The notes under the pieces were generated by a model, which saw only the letters and a list, made by a program, of their open reading frames with translations, was not told where the DNA came from and did no database searches. DNA of 39,764 nucleotides from Candidatus Aenigmatarchaeota archaeon (lineage in GTDB: Archaea > EX4484-52): NCBI GenBank assembly GCA_023137195.1, contig JAGLPV010000008.1, forward strand, positions 1 through 39,764, in the 5' to 3' direction. Below are positions 30,036 through 38,937 of the stretch, piece after piece. Each line of letters begins with the position of its first letter. The first letter of the stretch is position 1. The translations under genes and the position numbers were made by a program.

Positions 30036-31265
30036 TTATCTTTTTTTCTTTATCAATACTTTAGAAACGCGGTTTTCTATCACACTTTCAATAATCATTT
30101 CGTAATTTTTGTATTTGATTACGTCTCCAACGCCGGGGAGTTTATCTGCTTTTTTTGTCAAAAAACCATTTATTGTGTTGTACTCCCCTTCCGGGAGTTT
30201 TATTCCATGTTCTTCTAATTCATCGATAGTGGTCAGACCATCAACGACCAGATGTTCTTTTTTTCTTTTGAATATGCGTTTTTCTACTGTGTCTTTTTCA
30301 TCTTCTATTTCTCCTACAATTTCTTCAATTATGTCTTCTAAAGTCACAATTCCTTCAACAACCCCATATTCATTTATGACAACAGACATGTGTTGTTGTC
30401 TCTTGCGCATCTCTTCCATTAAAGTTCCTATTTCCTTATTCTCATGCACAAAATATGCTTTTTTTATGTAGTTAGCTATTGTTCCTTTCATGTTTGCTGC
30501 TATTTCAGCCAGAACATCCTTTGTATAGATAATTCCAATGATGTTGTCTTCCTTTTCTTTGTAAACCGGAAATCTTGAATACTGGTGTTTTTTTACAAAT
30601 GTCGCAAAATCAGTCATGTTCATTTTATTGTCTATCATGACTACTTTTGATTTTGGAGTCATGATTTCATCTACTTTTGTGTCACTGAAATCAAATAACT
30701 TGCTCATTATTTTTTTCTCGTGCTTGTCAATGATTCCTTTTTCTTCTCCTATTAAGACAGCACTTTTTAGTTCTTCTTCAGTCAACCCTTTTTGTTTGCT
30801 CATTTTTACTCCCAGTATAGTCGTTGTGTTTTTTGAGATAAGAGACAATAGATAAATTACAGGACTGAATAAGATGCAGGTAAATTCTATCATTTTTGCA
30901 GAATGCTTCATGAATGTTTTTGCCTTTGAGAAAGCTATTGTTTTTGGTGTGACTTCTCCAAATATTAGAAGGAGGAATGTAATCCCACCAATTGCTATCC
31001 CGACACCGCTTGAGCCATAAGCTATTGTTGAGAGGTGCGTTGCAATAGCAGATACAGTAACGTTTGCGATGTTATTGCCGATTAAGATAGCGATGATTAC
31101 ATTATGAGATTTCTTTTTTAATTTAGCAATTGTTTTTGCTCCTTTTTCCTTTTTTTCAAGCATTTTTTTTATCTGCATTTCATTTATTGTCAGGAATGCG
31201 GTTTCGCTTGCGGAAAAAAACGCAGATAAGATTAGAAAAAAGACAAATAGTGTTTCGTATATCAT
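30036..31265 (-). CDS. HlyC/CorC (CNNM) family transporter with CBS and CorC domains
   Basis: LSAFFSASETA, ILIGNN, FGEVTPK, IMTP, YSRFPV, EYG..GIVTLEDIIEEIVGEI. Confidence 0.93.
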   Translation of the reverse strand: MIYETLFVFFLILSAFFSASETAFLTINEMQIKKMLEKKEKGAKTIAKLKKKSHNVIIAILIGNNIANVTVSAIATHLSTIAYGSSGVGIAIGGITFLLLIFGEVTPKTIAFSKAKTFMKHSAKMIEFTCILFSPVIYLLSLISKNTTTILGVKMSKQKGLTEEELKSAVLIGEEKGIIDKHEKKIMSKLFDFSDTKVDEIMTPKSKVVMIDNKMNMTDFATFVKKHQYSRFPVYKEKEDNIIGIIYTKDVLAEIAANMKGTIANYIKKAYFVHENKEIGTLMEEMRKRQQHMSVVINEYGVVEGIVTLEDIIEEIVGEIEDEKDTVEKRIFKRKKEHLVVDGLTTIDELEEHGIKLPEGEYNTINGFLTKKADKLPGVGDVIKYKNYEMIIESVIENRVSKVLIKKKR

Positions 31266-31302
31266 ATATGCTATATATTCACCTTAATATATATAAATAT
31301 TA

Positions 31303-31375
31303 TGGACTCGACGGGATTTGAACCCGTGGCCTCTGCCTTGCAAGGGCAGCGTTCTACCAGCTGAACTACAAGCCC
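31303..31375 (-). tRNA. tRNA-Ala (UGC)
   Basis: GGGCTTG/CGAGTCC acceptor stem with G3:U70, CTGCC-CTTGCAA-GGCAG anticodon arm, TTCAAAT T loop. Confidence 0.96.
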
Positions 31376-31418
31376 GGTTGATAAGAGTATATATGGGGTA
31401 GTTTTTAAAAGCTTATAC

Positions 31419-33275
31419 TTACTCCCATTCGACAGTTCCTGGTGGTTTTGGGGTTAGGTCATAGACAACCCTACTGATGGCAGAATCGTCCAGAATATCC
31501 TTTATTATTTTATCCAGGCATTCTGTCGGGATGTCATCCCCAGGGGTAGCTGGAAGCCCGGTCATAAAGTCATTTGTGATAAACGGGCGGATTGCAACAG
31601 ACCTCTTGCATGCATCGTCAAAAGAAACAGGAAATAGGATTACGGGAACCTGGGATAAATTTATCACATCATATTCCTTTAGAGTTTTGGTTATAATAGA
31701 ATCTGCTTTCTGCAGTTGGGTTATTGCATCAGGAGTTAATTTTGTTGGTGTTATTGTTTTAACGGCGCCTGTGATTTGCTCACCAAAAATATAGACAACG
31801 CGGTTGATGTTATGGAAATGCTGAGGGATTTTCTTTGCAAGGTCCATTAAATCATGCCAATTGGGTTTTCCAGACAGTCCGACAGCATAGTTGTATGTTC
31901 TTGAATCTCCCTGCACACCTACTGTTTTGAATGGCAATAAGGTTGCCTTTAGATCATAAGAAGATACAAATTCATTTACTCCTTTTTCTGTAATGTCAAA
32001 ATCATCGCCGATATAAGGTTTTTCTGCGCATATTATTCTTATTGCCAGTCCCGGTCCGGGGAAAGGATGCCTCCATATCAGTTCATCAGAAAGACCGATA
32101 TATTTTCCAACTTCTCTTACTTCATCCTTGTGCCAGTCCTGGTTTGTCTCAACAATCATGCCTTTTTTTCGTTTTTCCCTGACAAGTTCAGTGTCGTTGT
32201 GGTGGGTTTTTATGACATCTGCATTTGAGCTTGCCATTTCAGATGCACTTTCTATTAAATCAGGTCTTAATGTTCCCTGTGCGATAAATGTTTTTTCGAG
32301 GTCCAGGTTCATTTTTTTTATCTGGTCGTCGACGACATGCATAAAACAATCGCCGATTATCTTTCTTTTGATTTCAGGCAATATCACTTCGCTTAATTTT
32401 AGGGTTTGAGTATTGTTGATTTTTGTAGTGGCATTGTAGAAATCAGCAGAGGCATCAATTACTTTTAGATCAAGATTCAGTTTTTTCAGGTCTTTTTCTA
32501 CCTGTTGACTTTCATTTAACCGCATAAATCCCGTGTTGATGTGGAGGGCATATATTTGGGATGAGTTTAGTGCTTTTGAAAGCAGGGCGGCGCATACGCT
32601 TGAATCAACACCGCCGCTTACAAGAACAAGCACGTTATTATTTCCTACTTTGTTTTGGATGTATTGGGTTGCGTTTTTAATCCTGTTTTCCTGGGTATAA
32701 GTGCCGCTGAATTTGCATATATTATACAAAAAATTTTCAAGTATTTTTTTGCCGTATTTTGTTAAATCCACTTCCGGGTGAAACTGGATGCCGTAGAGTT
32801 TTTTTGGCTTGTTGACAATCCCGGCGATTATTTCTCCTGATTGTGCAGTGATTTGGAAATCGTTTGCTACAACAGTTACGCTGTCCCCATGGCTCATAAG
32901 GACATCCTGTGTTTGAGGTAGGTCTTCAAATAAGGGGTTGTCTGTTTTTATGTTGATTTGCATCTGGCAGTCTTCTCTTCTTGCTTTTTTTTCAACAGTG
33001 CCTTTGAAATGGTAATTCATCAACTGCATCCCGTAGCATATGCCGAGAATAGGAATGCCTAAATCAAAAACTTTTTTGTTGTAGTTCGGGGCAGTTGGGG
33101 CATAAACGCTGTTTGGACCTCCTGAAATAATAATTCCTTTGTATTGTTGGAGAATAGTGGTGTCTGTGTCCATAGGTAAAATGTCGCATTCTACTCTCAA
33201 GTCACGAACCCGCCTGTCAATGACTTTTCCATATTGCGCCCCTGCATCAAGGAGTGCTAATTTTTCATTTGTCAT
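31419..33275 (-). CDS. guaA: GMP synthase (glutamine-hydrolysing), fused long form
   Basis: GATase (GICYGMQ, QFHPEV) fused to ATP-PPase (SGGVDS, QGTLRPD, IKTHHN, RHPFPGPG) with C-terminal KPPGTVEWE; 618 aa. Confidence 0.95.
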   Translation of the reverse strand: MTNEKLALLDAGAQYGKVIDRRVRDLRVECDILPMDTDTTILQQYKGIIISGGPNSVYAPTAPNYNKKVFDLGIPILGICYGMQLMNYHFKGTVEKKARREDCQMQINIKTDNPLFEDLPQTQDVLMSHGDSVTVVANDFQITAQSGEIIAGIVNKPKKLYGIQFHPEVDLTKYGKKILENFLYNICKFSGTYTQENRIKNATQYIQNKVGNNNVLVLVSGGVDSSVCAALLSKALNSSQIYALHINTGFMRLNESQQVEKDLKKLNLDLKVIDASADFYNATTKINNTQTLKLSEVILPEIKRKIIGDCFMHVVDDQIKKMNLDLEKTFIAQGTLRPDLIESASEMASSNADVIKTHHNDTELVREKRKKGMIVETNQDWHKDEVREVGKYIGLSDELIWRHPFPGPGLAIRIICAEKPYIGDDFDITEKGVNEFVSSYDLKATLLPFKTVGVQGDSRTYNYAVGLSGKPNWHDLMDLAKKIPQHFHNINRVVYIFGEQITGAVKTITPTKLTPDAITQLQKADSIITKTLKEYDVINLSQVPVILFPVSFDDACKRSVAIRPFITNDFMTGLPATPGDDIPTECLDKIIKDILDDSAISRVVYDLTPKPPGTVEWE

Positions 33276-33426
33276 AATGTGAAAATATTATTTAATATTA
33301 AAAAAGAAGCTTTATTTGATATGTTGAGAATAAAAGAATGTTGTGAAGTGTATTTTGAAGGGAGGAATAGTAGAATTATAAGGAGTCGGTAAGAAAACTC
33401 AAACCAAAAATTTAGGATACTGAACT

Positions 33427-34911
33427 TCAAACATGTTTTATTTCTGTATGATATGAAATTTCAGAATTGGTAGTGCATAAATTATCAATACTTAACTTAT
33501 GGACATTATCATTGCCTGTCAGTCTTGCAAAATCTCTCAATTCTTCTGTAGAAACCCTTAAGAAATTCTCTAATTTCTTTGCAGAAATATCTATTTTTAT
33601 TCTCTTTCTTAATTCCAAATCTTGCGTAGTGACCCCGACAGGGCATTTTCCGGTATCACATATCCTGTATTGCTGGCATGCTGTTGCAATTAGGGCTGAA
33701 GTCCCGATAGCTATTGCATCTGCGCCTAATGCAAGAGCTTTGGCAAAATCCGGCGAAATCCTCAAGCCCCCTGTTACAACCAGAGAAATATTCTTGATTT
33801 TTTTATCATCTAAAAACTTTCTGGCTCTATAAAGCGCAAACACTGTGGGAATTGAAGTTGCAGATTTAACAAATTTGGGAGAAGCACCTGTCGCCCCGGG
33901 TCGTCCGTCAATTGTAATAAAATCCGGTTTAGCATATACTGCCACTTCTAAATCTTCTTCAATATCGCCGGCAGCAATTTTTATTCCTATGGGTTTACCA
34001 TCTGATTTCTCCCTTAACCAACCAACTTTTTTCTTTAAATCATCTTTATTTTTTATATCATCAAAATGAGCCGGGCTTATAATATCTGTTCCTTGAGGAA
34101 AACCCCGAATTTGAGATATTTCTTTACTAACTTTTTCAGCAGGGAGATGACCGCCCATGCCTGGTTTTGCAGACTGCCCGAATTTAATCTCAATCGCATC
34201 AACTTTCTTTAAATTTTCATCTGTTACACTATATTTATTTGGAACATATTCAAAAATATATTTATAAGCACTTTCAAAGGATTCCTTTAATATCCCGCCT
34301 TCACCCGAACACATGGCAGTTTTTACAGCCGCACTTCCCTTTGCAAGAGCAATCTTTACTTCTTTTGATAAAGCCCCGAAAGACATGTGCGTAATGTAAA
34401 TTGGTGTTTCCAAAACCAAAGGGCATTTTGCGTTTGGACCGATGAGCGTCTGTGTATTAATATTATCATCTTTATTTAACGGCAATTTAGCAAGCTGTGC
34501 TCCTTTAATCAGTATATCCTCCCACGAAAGGACATCTTTTTTGGTTCTCATGGGCTCGATTATTGACTCGCCGGTAACAGACATTTTATGTATATCCTGC
34601 ATACATTCTTCAATTTCATCAGAATTGCGTTTCCATTCTCCCAAATAACCGGAATCTACTTTATTGGGCAAAGAAATCTCAATTTCAGATTTTGCTCCAC
34701 AATTAGGACAGGTCAAAATTTCTTTTTTTATGTTAGAATCAACTTTTTCTTTTAATGGCTTCAGGTGGGTTTTATCAGCTTGGCAGATTGGGCATTTCCA
34801 ATCATCAGGAAAATCTTCCGGTTTAGTACCTGGTTTTATATTTGTTTTAGAATCCCCTATTGACTCATCATACTCAAAGACATTGCAAATATTACACAAA
34901 TATCTAGACAT
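33427..34911 (-). CDS. Glutamate synthase FMN-binding domain protein with N-terminal rubredoxin
   Basis: N-terminal CNIC...WKCPIC plus an extra CPNC; MSFGALS, SGEGG, EIKFGQSAKPGMGGHLP, and the [3Fe-4S] motif CQQYRICDTGKCPVG. Confidence 0.9.
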   Translation of the reverse strand: MSRYLCNICNVFEYDESIGDSKTNIKPGTKPEDFPDDWKCPICQADKTHLKPLKEKVDSNIKKEILTCPNCGAKSEIEISLPNKVDSGYLGEWKRNSDEIEECMQDIHKMSVTGESIIEPMRTKKDVLSWEDILIKGAQLAKLPLNKDDNINTQTLIGPNAKCPLVLETPIYITHMSFGALSKEVKIALAKGSAAVKTAMCSGEGGILKESFESAYKYIFEYVPNKYSVTDENLKKVDAIEIKFGQSAKPGMGGHLPAEKVSKEISQIRGFPQGTDIISPAHFDDIKNKDDLKKKVGWLREKSDGKPIGIKIAAGDIEEDLEVAVYAKPDFITIDGRPGATGASPKFVKSATSIPTVFALYRARKFLDDKKIKNISLVVTGGLRISPDFAKALALGADAIAIGTSALIATACQQYRICDTGKCPVGVTTQDLELRKRIKIDISAKKLENFLRVSTEELRDFARLTGNDNVHKLSIDNLCTTNSEISYHTEIKHV

Positions 34912-34937
34912 CTTAGTTCTCTCTCAATTATGATAAC

Positions 34938-35093
34938 TTACTGGGGCATTTGATGAGTTTTATCAGCTTGGCAGATTGGGCATTTCCAATCATCAGGAAA
35001 ATCTTCCGGTTTAGTGCCCGGTTCTATTCCTTTCATTCCCCTCTCATCATCATATTCGAATTTATTGCAGACATTGCATTTGTATTTTGTCAT
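34938..35093 (-). CDS. Rubredoxin
   Basis: 51 aa from ATG at 35093: MTKYKCNVC...GIEPGT...[10 protein letters not shown]. Confidence 0.9.
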   Translation of the reverse strand: MTKYKCNVCNKFEYDDERGMKGIEPGTKPEDFPDDWKCPICQADKTHQMPQ

Positions 35094-35094
35094 T

Positions 35095-35376
35095 TTATTT
35101 TCCTTCTGTTTGTGTGCAAAAGTATAATTTATCAAGTTTGTTTTCCTTATACAATTCACAGTTTGCACATATGCATCCGGATTCTTCAGTTATGCAATTG
35201 CTATTTTCAAATGCACAGAATAGCCCCTCAAAATGATTCAATTCTGAAATATTCCCTTTCAGCATCGTCATCATATTTTTAGGCATAGATTTCATTTTAC
35301 ACCCAAGCTTGTAACTTGGACATTTCATACAAATACATTTTTTTAGATTTTCTTTGCTTTTCTCCACTTTCGTCAT
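35095..35376 (-). CDS. Cys-rich DUF2769-like protein
   Basis: CICMKCPSY...LFC...C...GCICANC...YFC pattern; GAGGTGG ribosome-binding site before ATG at 35376. Confidence 0.75.
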   Translation of the reverse strand: MTKVEKSKENLKKCICMKCPSYKLGCKMKSMPKNMMTMLKGNISELNHFEGLFCAFENSNCITEESGCICANCELYKENKLDKLYFCTQTEGK

Positions 35377-35590
35377 ATTTACCACCTCTCTTTATTGATA
35401 ATCCCACTCAATCCTGCATCGGTTATTATCAATTCATTTAAAATTCTTGATGGTGGTTTTACCAACATATATATTAGAATATATAACTTATAAACTTTTC
35501 GTAAAATTTGTCCTCTTTTTACAAGTCAAATTCTTAAAAGTAGACTCTGGGTCTCTATAAACGAACCCTCTTCCTTTTTTTAGAAATCAA

Positions 35591-35678
35591 ACACAATCGA
35601 ACGGGCATTAAACGAAGTTTTGCGAAGAGAATATGGACGGAGACTACAAGTTGGCGTCTTTAAATCCTAATGTTGTGT
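35591..35678. mobile_element. attC-like recombination site 0 (degenerate, orientation ambiguous)
   Basis: AAC-GGGCA-TTAAACGA ... TCTTTAA-ATCCTAAT-GTTGTGT; shares TCTTTAA, CCTAATGTT and GACTRCAAGT words with the site at 37139-37259. Confidence 0.5.
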
Positions 35679-35738
35679 GTTTTTTTTGCAAGAAAAATGC
35701 CGGAGTGGAGTGCAGAGTATCATTTAGAGATTTTGCGT

Positions 35739-36167
35739 TTAGTTGCACTCCCATTGATTTACTGTAATAGATGAACCACAATACATATTTTTACCTGGTG
35801 AATTAGCGTCACAAGGACCAACATTTGTTTCCAATGTACCAATTACAGTCATTTTATTAGGGCAATTTATTTTTTCACTAGAAAGCAAAACAATTTGACC
35901 GCGGATTTTAGGGTCTAAATAACTTTGATATTGTTTTGAGTCATCTCCAATTATTTCAGGTGGCATTGTCATTATGGGATGTTGCATCACACCATTACCC
36001 GCATCCGGATTTGTGCCAGAAATTTTTATTGTTTTACCATCGCATTTATCCCATCTTAATTTATAATTACAATATTGATTATTTCCACCAATATTAAAAA
36101 AATAAATTGCCCCTGCCATGATTAATGCACATATAGTGATGATTGCAATGACTAGTTTTTTGTTCAT
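35739..36167 (-). CDS. Hypothetical exported/membrane-anchored protein (putative cassette gene)
   Basis: 142 aa with an N-terminal hydrophobic helix and several Cys; has its own TATA-like box at about 36190-36197; lies between attC-like sites. Confidence 0.75.
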   Translation of the reverse strand: MNKKLVIAIITICALIMAGAIYFFNIGGNNQYCNYKLRWDKCDGKTIKISGTNPDAGNGVMQHPIMTMPPEIIGDDSKQYQSYLDPKIRGQIVLLSSEKINCPNKMTVIGTLETNVGPCDANSPGKNMYCGSSITVNQWECN

Positions 36168-36212
36168 AGTTTTATAAGTTATATTCTAATATATAAATTT
36201 ATCTAGCAAAAT

Positions 36213-36294
36213 CTCTAACATACACGATTAGAAAAAGTCCGACTGAAAGAGGATTTGGGTCAGGCAAGGATTTTCTTTCTAATCGCTGTTATAT
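36213..36294 (-). mobile_element. attC-like recombination site 1
   Basis: Minus strand ATATAAC-AGCGA-TTAGAAAG ... TTTCTAA-TCGTGTAT-GTTAGAG; 82-bp imperfect hairpin with AAC/GTT ends. Confidence 0.7.
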
Positions 36295-36503
36295 TCTGCG
36301 AACGTAGCGAGAGCACGCAGTGTGGTATTGAGGAGTGAAACGACGAAGAAGTTTAGAGATTTCCGAGTAACAGCTAGACTAACATTAAGAAAAGCCCTCC
36401 TTTTTCTTTTATTTGAAATAAATTCTATTATAAATAAATAATCATCTCCAACAATTCTTCAAAAATAGTTTTTAAATCAATTTATTTGATAATAAACTGC
36501 CGT

Positions 36504-37028
36504 TTATTTGATTAACTCATTAAACTTTAAACATCTATCCTTATCCTCAGCATGACAAAAAGTTAAAACCTTTAATTTTTCATAATCTTTTTTAATTGCT
36601 GTTAATACACGATGATTTCCCATTAAAACTTCATTTTTTTCATTTATGATAATTGGAAGTTTATTTATTACTTCATCAATATCTTGTTCCAAAAGAAAAA
36701 CTCTTTTTTTTACTTCAGAACATTCTTTATATTTATTCCAAAAGTCAATCAATAACATCCCTGAAACGTCATTTATATTATCTAGATTATTATGTCTTGA
36801 ATCAACTTTTAATTTTTTAATATCAATTTCTACATATTTACAAAATTTATTTATATAATCACAATAAAATGGAATTTCACCTGCACCAAACTCTTTTTGT
36901 ATTTCTTCAATAGATAAATTCAAGGTCTTTTTTTTAATTTCATCTAACTTTTTAAAATTCGCTTTTTTAGAATTTGTAAATTTCCAATCCACATAAAAAT
37001 AATATTGTAATAAATTATTTGCTTCCAT
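36504..37028 (-). CDS. ParB/Sulfiredoxin-like domain protein (putative cassette gene)
   Basis: C-terminal LPIIINEKNEVLMGNHRVLTA resembles the ParB/Srx P-I-x-G-x-H-R core; very AT-rich. Confidence 0.6.
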   Translation of the reverse strand: MEANNLLQYYFYVDWKFTNSKKANFKKLDEIKKKTLNLSIEEIQKEFGAGEIPFYCDYINKFCKYVEIDIKKLKVDSRHNNLDNINDVSGMLLIDFWNKYKECSEVKKRVFLLEQDIDEVINKLPIIINEKNEVLMGNHRVLTAIKKDYEKLKVLTFCHAEDKDRCLKFNELIK

Positions 37029-37138
37029 ATTATTTATCCTCTTCTAATCTTTAAATATATTTCTAAATAAACCTACATTTCTTTCAATCTAAAAGGAGGG
37101 CTTTTCGTCAATTAATTAAAAAAAAATCTCAAAATTGA

Positions 37139-37259
37139 ATATAACATTAGGGTTAAAGAAAGTTTAGTTTTCCTCTGGAACGAAACGCAGTGAAGTGACG
37201 AGCTGAAAACTAAATTTGGGAGAGGACTGCAAGTCCGAACTCTTTAACTGTTGTTAAGT
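37139..37259 (-). mobile_element. attC-like recombination site 2
   Basis: Minus strand ACTTAAC-AACAG-TTAAAGAG ... TCTTTAA-CCCTAAT-GTTATAT; 121 bp with internal hairpins. Confidence 0.7.
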
Positions 37260-37384
37260 CGTAGGAGCGTAATGAAGTGAAGCGAGAGCCGGCAAGGCGT
37301 TACCGAGCCGAAGGCGAAGGAGTTTTTTCTTCTGCGTTAAGAAAATTTAATCTCCTATTTTGGGGTGGAACGGAAGCGCGCGCT

Positions 37385-37451
37385 TTTTTGCCTTCTTTTT
37401 TCTAAAAAGAAAATGGGAGTTTTTTATTTTTGCCTTCTTTTTCTAAAAGAA
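37385..37451. repeat. Tandem direct repeat of small hairpins
   Basis: TTTTTGCCTTCTTTTT(T)CTAAAA(A)GAA at 37385-37411 and 37427-37451. Confidence 0.65.
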
Positions 37452-37495
37452 GTTATTCAACTTAAACTATAAAAAGCATGCTTCCCTAATTTTAT

Positions 37496-38932
37496 ATGGA
37501 AGAAAAGGATTTCAAAGAATTATTAGACGAACTACTTTCCTATGGGCAAGAAACAGAATGGATTGAATTTAAGAAAAATAATTCTAGTCCTGAAGAAATC
37601 GGAGAATATATTTCTGCATTATCCAATTCTGCCTGCCTTTCAAAAAGAAATCATGGCTATTTGGTTTATGGTATTGATAGCGAGTCTTTGGATAAGGTTG
37701 GAACTAAAGTAAGTTTCAAAAATATGAAAAAAGGTGGACAGGAAATCAATCATTGGTTAGCTATGGGCTTAGATCCTAAAACAGATTTTAAGATAATTGA
37801 AAACATAATTGGGGATAAAAGAATTGTTATAATTGAGATAGATTGTGCAAATTCTAGACCTATCAGATTTAAAGGGGTTGCATATGTGAGAATTGGAAGC
37901 TCAAAAGATAAATTAGATAAGCATCCGCAAAAAGAGAAAAAGCTCTGGGATATTATTAATCATAAAAATTTTGAAGATGAAATTGCTCTTGAAAAAATCG
38001 ATGAAAACAAAGTTATTGAACTTTTAGATTATCCTGCTTATTTTAATTTAATGAAATTAGAATTACCAACAAATAAATCCGCTATCCTAGAAAAGTTGGA
38101 ACAAGAATGTTTAATTTTAAAGAAAGGCAAAAAATATTCTATAACAAATTTAGGAGGAATATTATTTGCTAAAGATTTATCCCAATTCCCAAATCTTTCA
38201 AGAGCAATAATTAGAATAATAATTTACAAAGGAAACAATAAATTGGAAACAATAAAAGAAGAATCAAACAATAAAGGGTATGCTGTTGCATTCCAAGAAA
38301 TAGCAAAATTCATAATGGACCAATTACCTACAAATGAAATAATTGAAAATTCATTAAGAAAAAATATTAGAATGTTCCCAGAGATAGCGATAAGGGAGCT
38401 ATTAGCAAATACAATAATTCATCAAGATTTTTCAGAAAGGGGAACAAGTCCAATGGTGGAGATTTATTCGAATAGACTTGAGTTTATTAATGCAGGAAAA
38501 CCTTTAATTAAACCTAGTAGATTTATAGATCATCCTCCAAAATCGAGAAATGAGAAATTGGCAGATTTTATGAGAATGATTAATATTTGTGAAAAAAGAG
38601 GAAGTGGAATTGATAAGGTTATTAATTTAGTGGAGGTGTTCCAACTTCCTGCTCCGGAATTTATTGCAGAAGAAGATTTTGTTAATGTAATTCTTTATGC
38701 TCATAGGCAATTTAAAGACATGACAAAAGAAGATAGGATTCGGGCGTGTTATCAGCATTGTGTTTTGAAATATGTTTTTAAGGAAGATATGACTAATGAA
38801 ACTTTAAGAAACAGATTTAATATTGACAAGAAAAACTATCCGATGGTTTCAAAAGTTATTAAAGATGCTATTGATGCGAAAGCTATAAAGAAAGATGAAG
38901 GGGCTAAAAGATATCTTCCAATTTGGGCTTAA
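37496..38932 (+). CDS. Schlafen/AlbA_2 domain plus HATPase_c_4 (RecG-like C-terminal) and winged-helix protein
   Basis: ETEWIEFK, ISALSNSA, LVYGID, YVRIGSS; AIRELLAN.IIHQD, SRNEKLA, CEKRGSG. Confidence 0.85.
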   Translation: MEEKDFKELLDELLSYGQETEWIEFKKNNSSPEEIGEYISALSNSACLSKRNHGYLVYGIDSESLDKVGTKVSFKNMKKGGQEINHWLAMGLDPKTDFKIIENIIGDKRIVIIEIDCANSRPIRFKGVAYVRIGSSKDKLDKHPQKEKKLWDIINHKNFEDEIALEKIDENKVIELLDYPAYFNLMKLELPTNKSAILEKLEQECLILKKGKKYSITNLGGILFAKDLSQFPNLSRAIIRIIIYKGNNKLETIKEESNNKGYAVAFQEIAKFIMDQLPTNEIIENSLRKNIRMFPEIAIRELLANTIIHQDFSERGTSPMVEIYSNRLEFINAGKPLIKPSRFIDHPPKSRNEKLADFMRMINICEKRGSGIDKVINLVEVFQLPAPEFIAEEDFVNVILYAHRQFKDMTKEDRIRACYQHCVLKYVFKEDMTNETLRNRFNIDKKNYPMVSKVIKDAIDAKAIKKDEGAKRYLPIWA

Positions 38933-38937
38933 AATCA

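Noticed and set aside
35467-36195. About 28-bp inverted similarity between 35467-35496 and 36168-36195
   Set aside because: Almost pure A/T promoter-like sequence needing two indels to align; could be chance, so it was not counted as a repeat.
37496-38932. Integron integrase at the array head
   Set aside because: No tyrosine recombinase R-H-x-x-R-H-Y motifs; the protein is AlbA_2/HATPase type.
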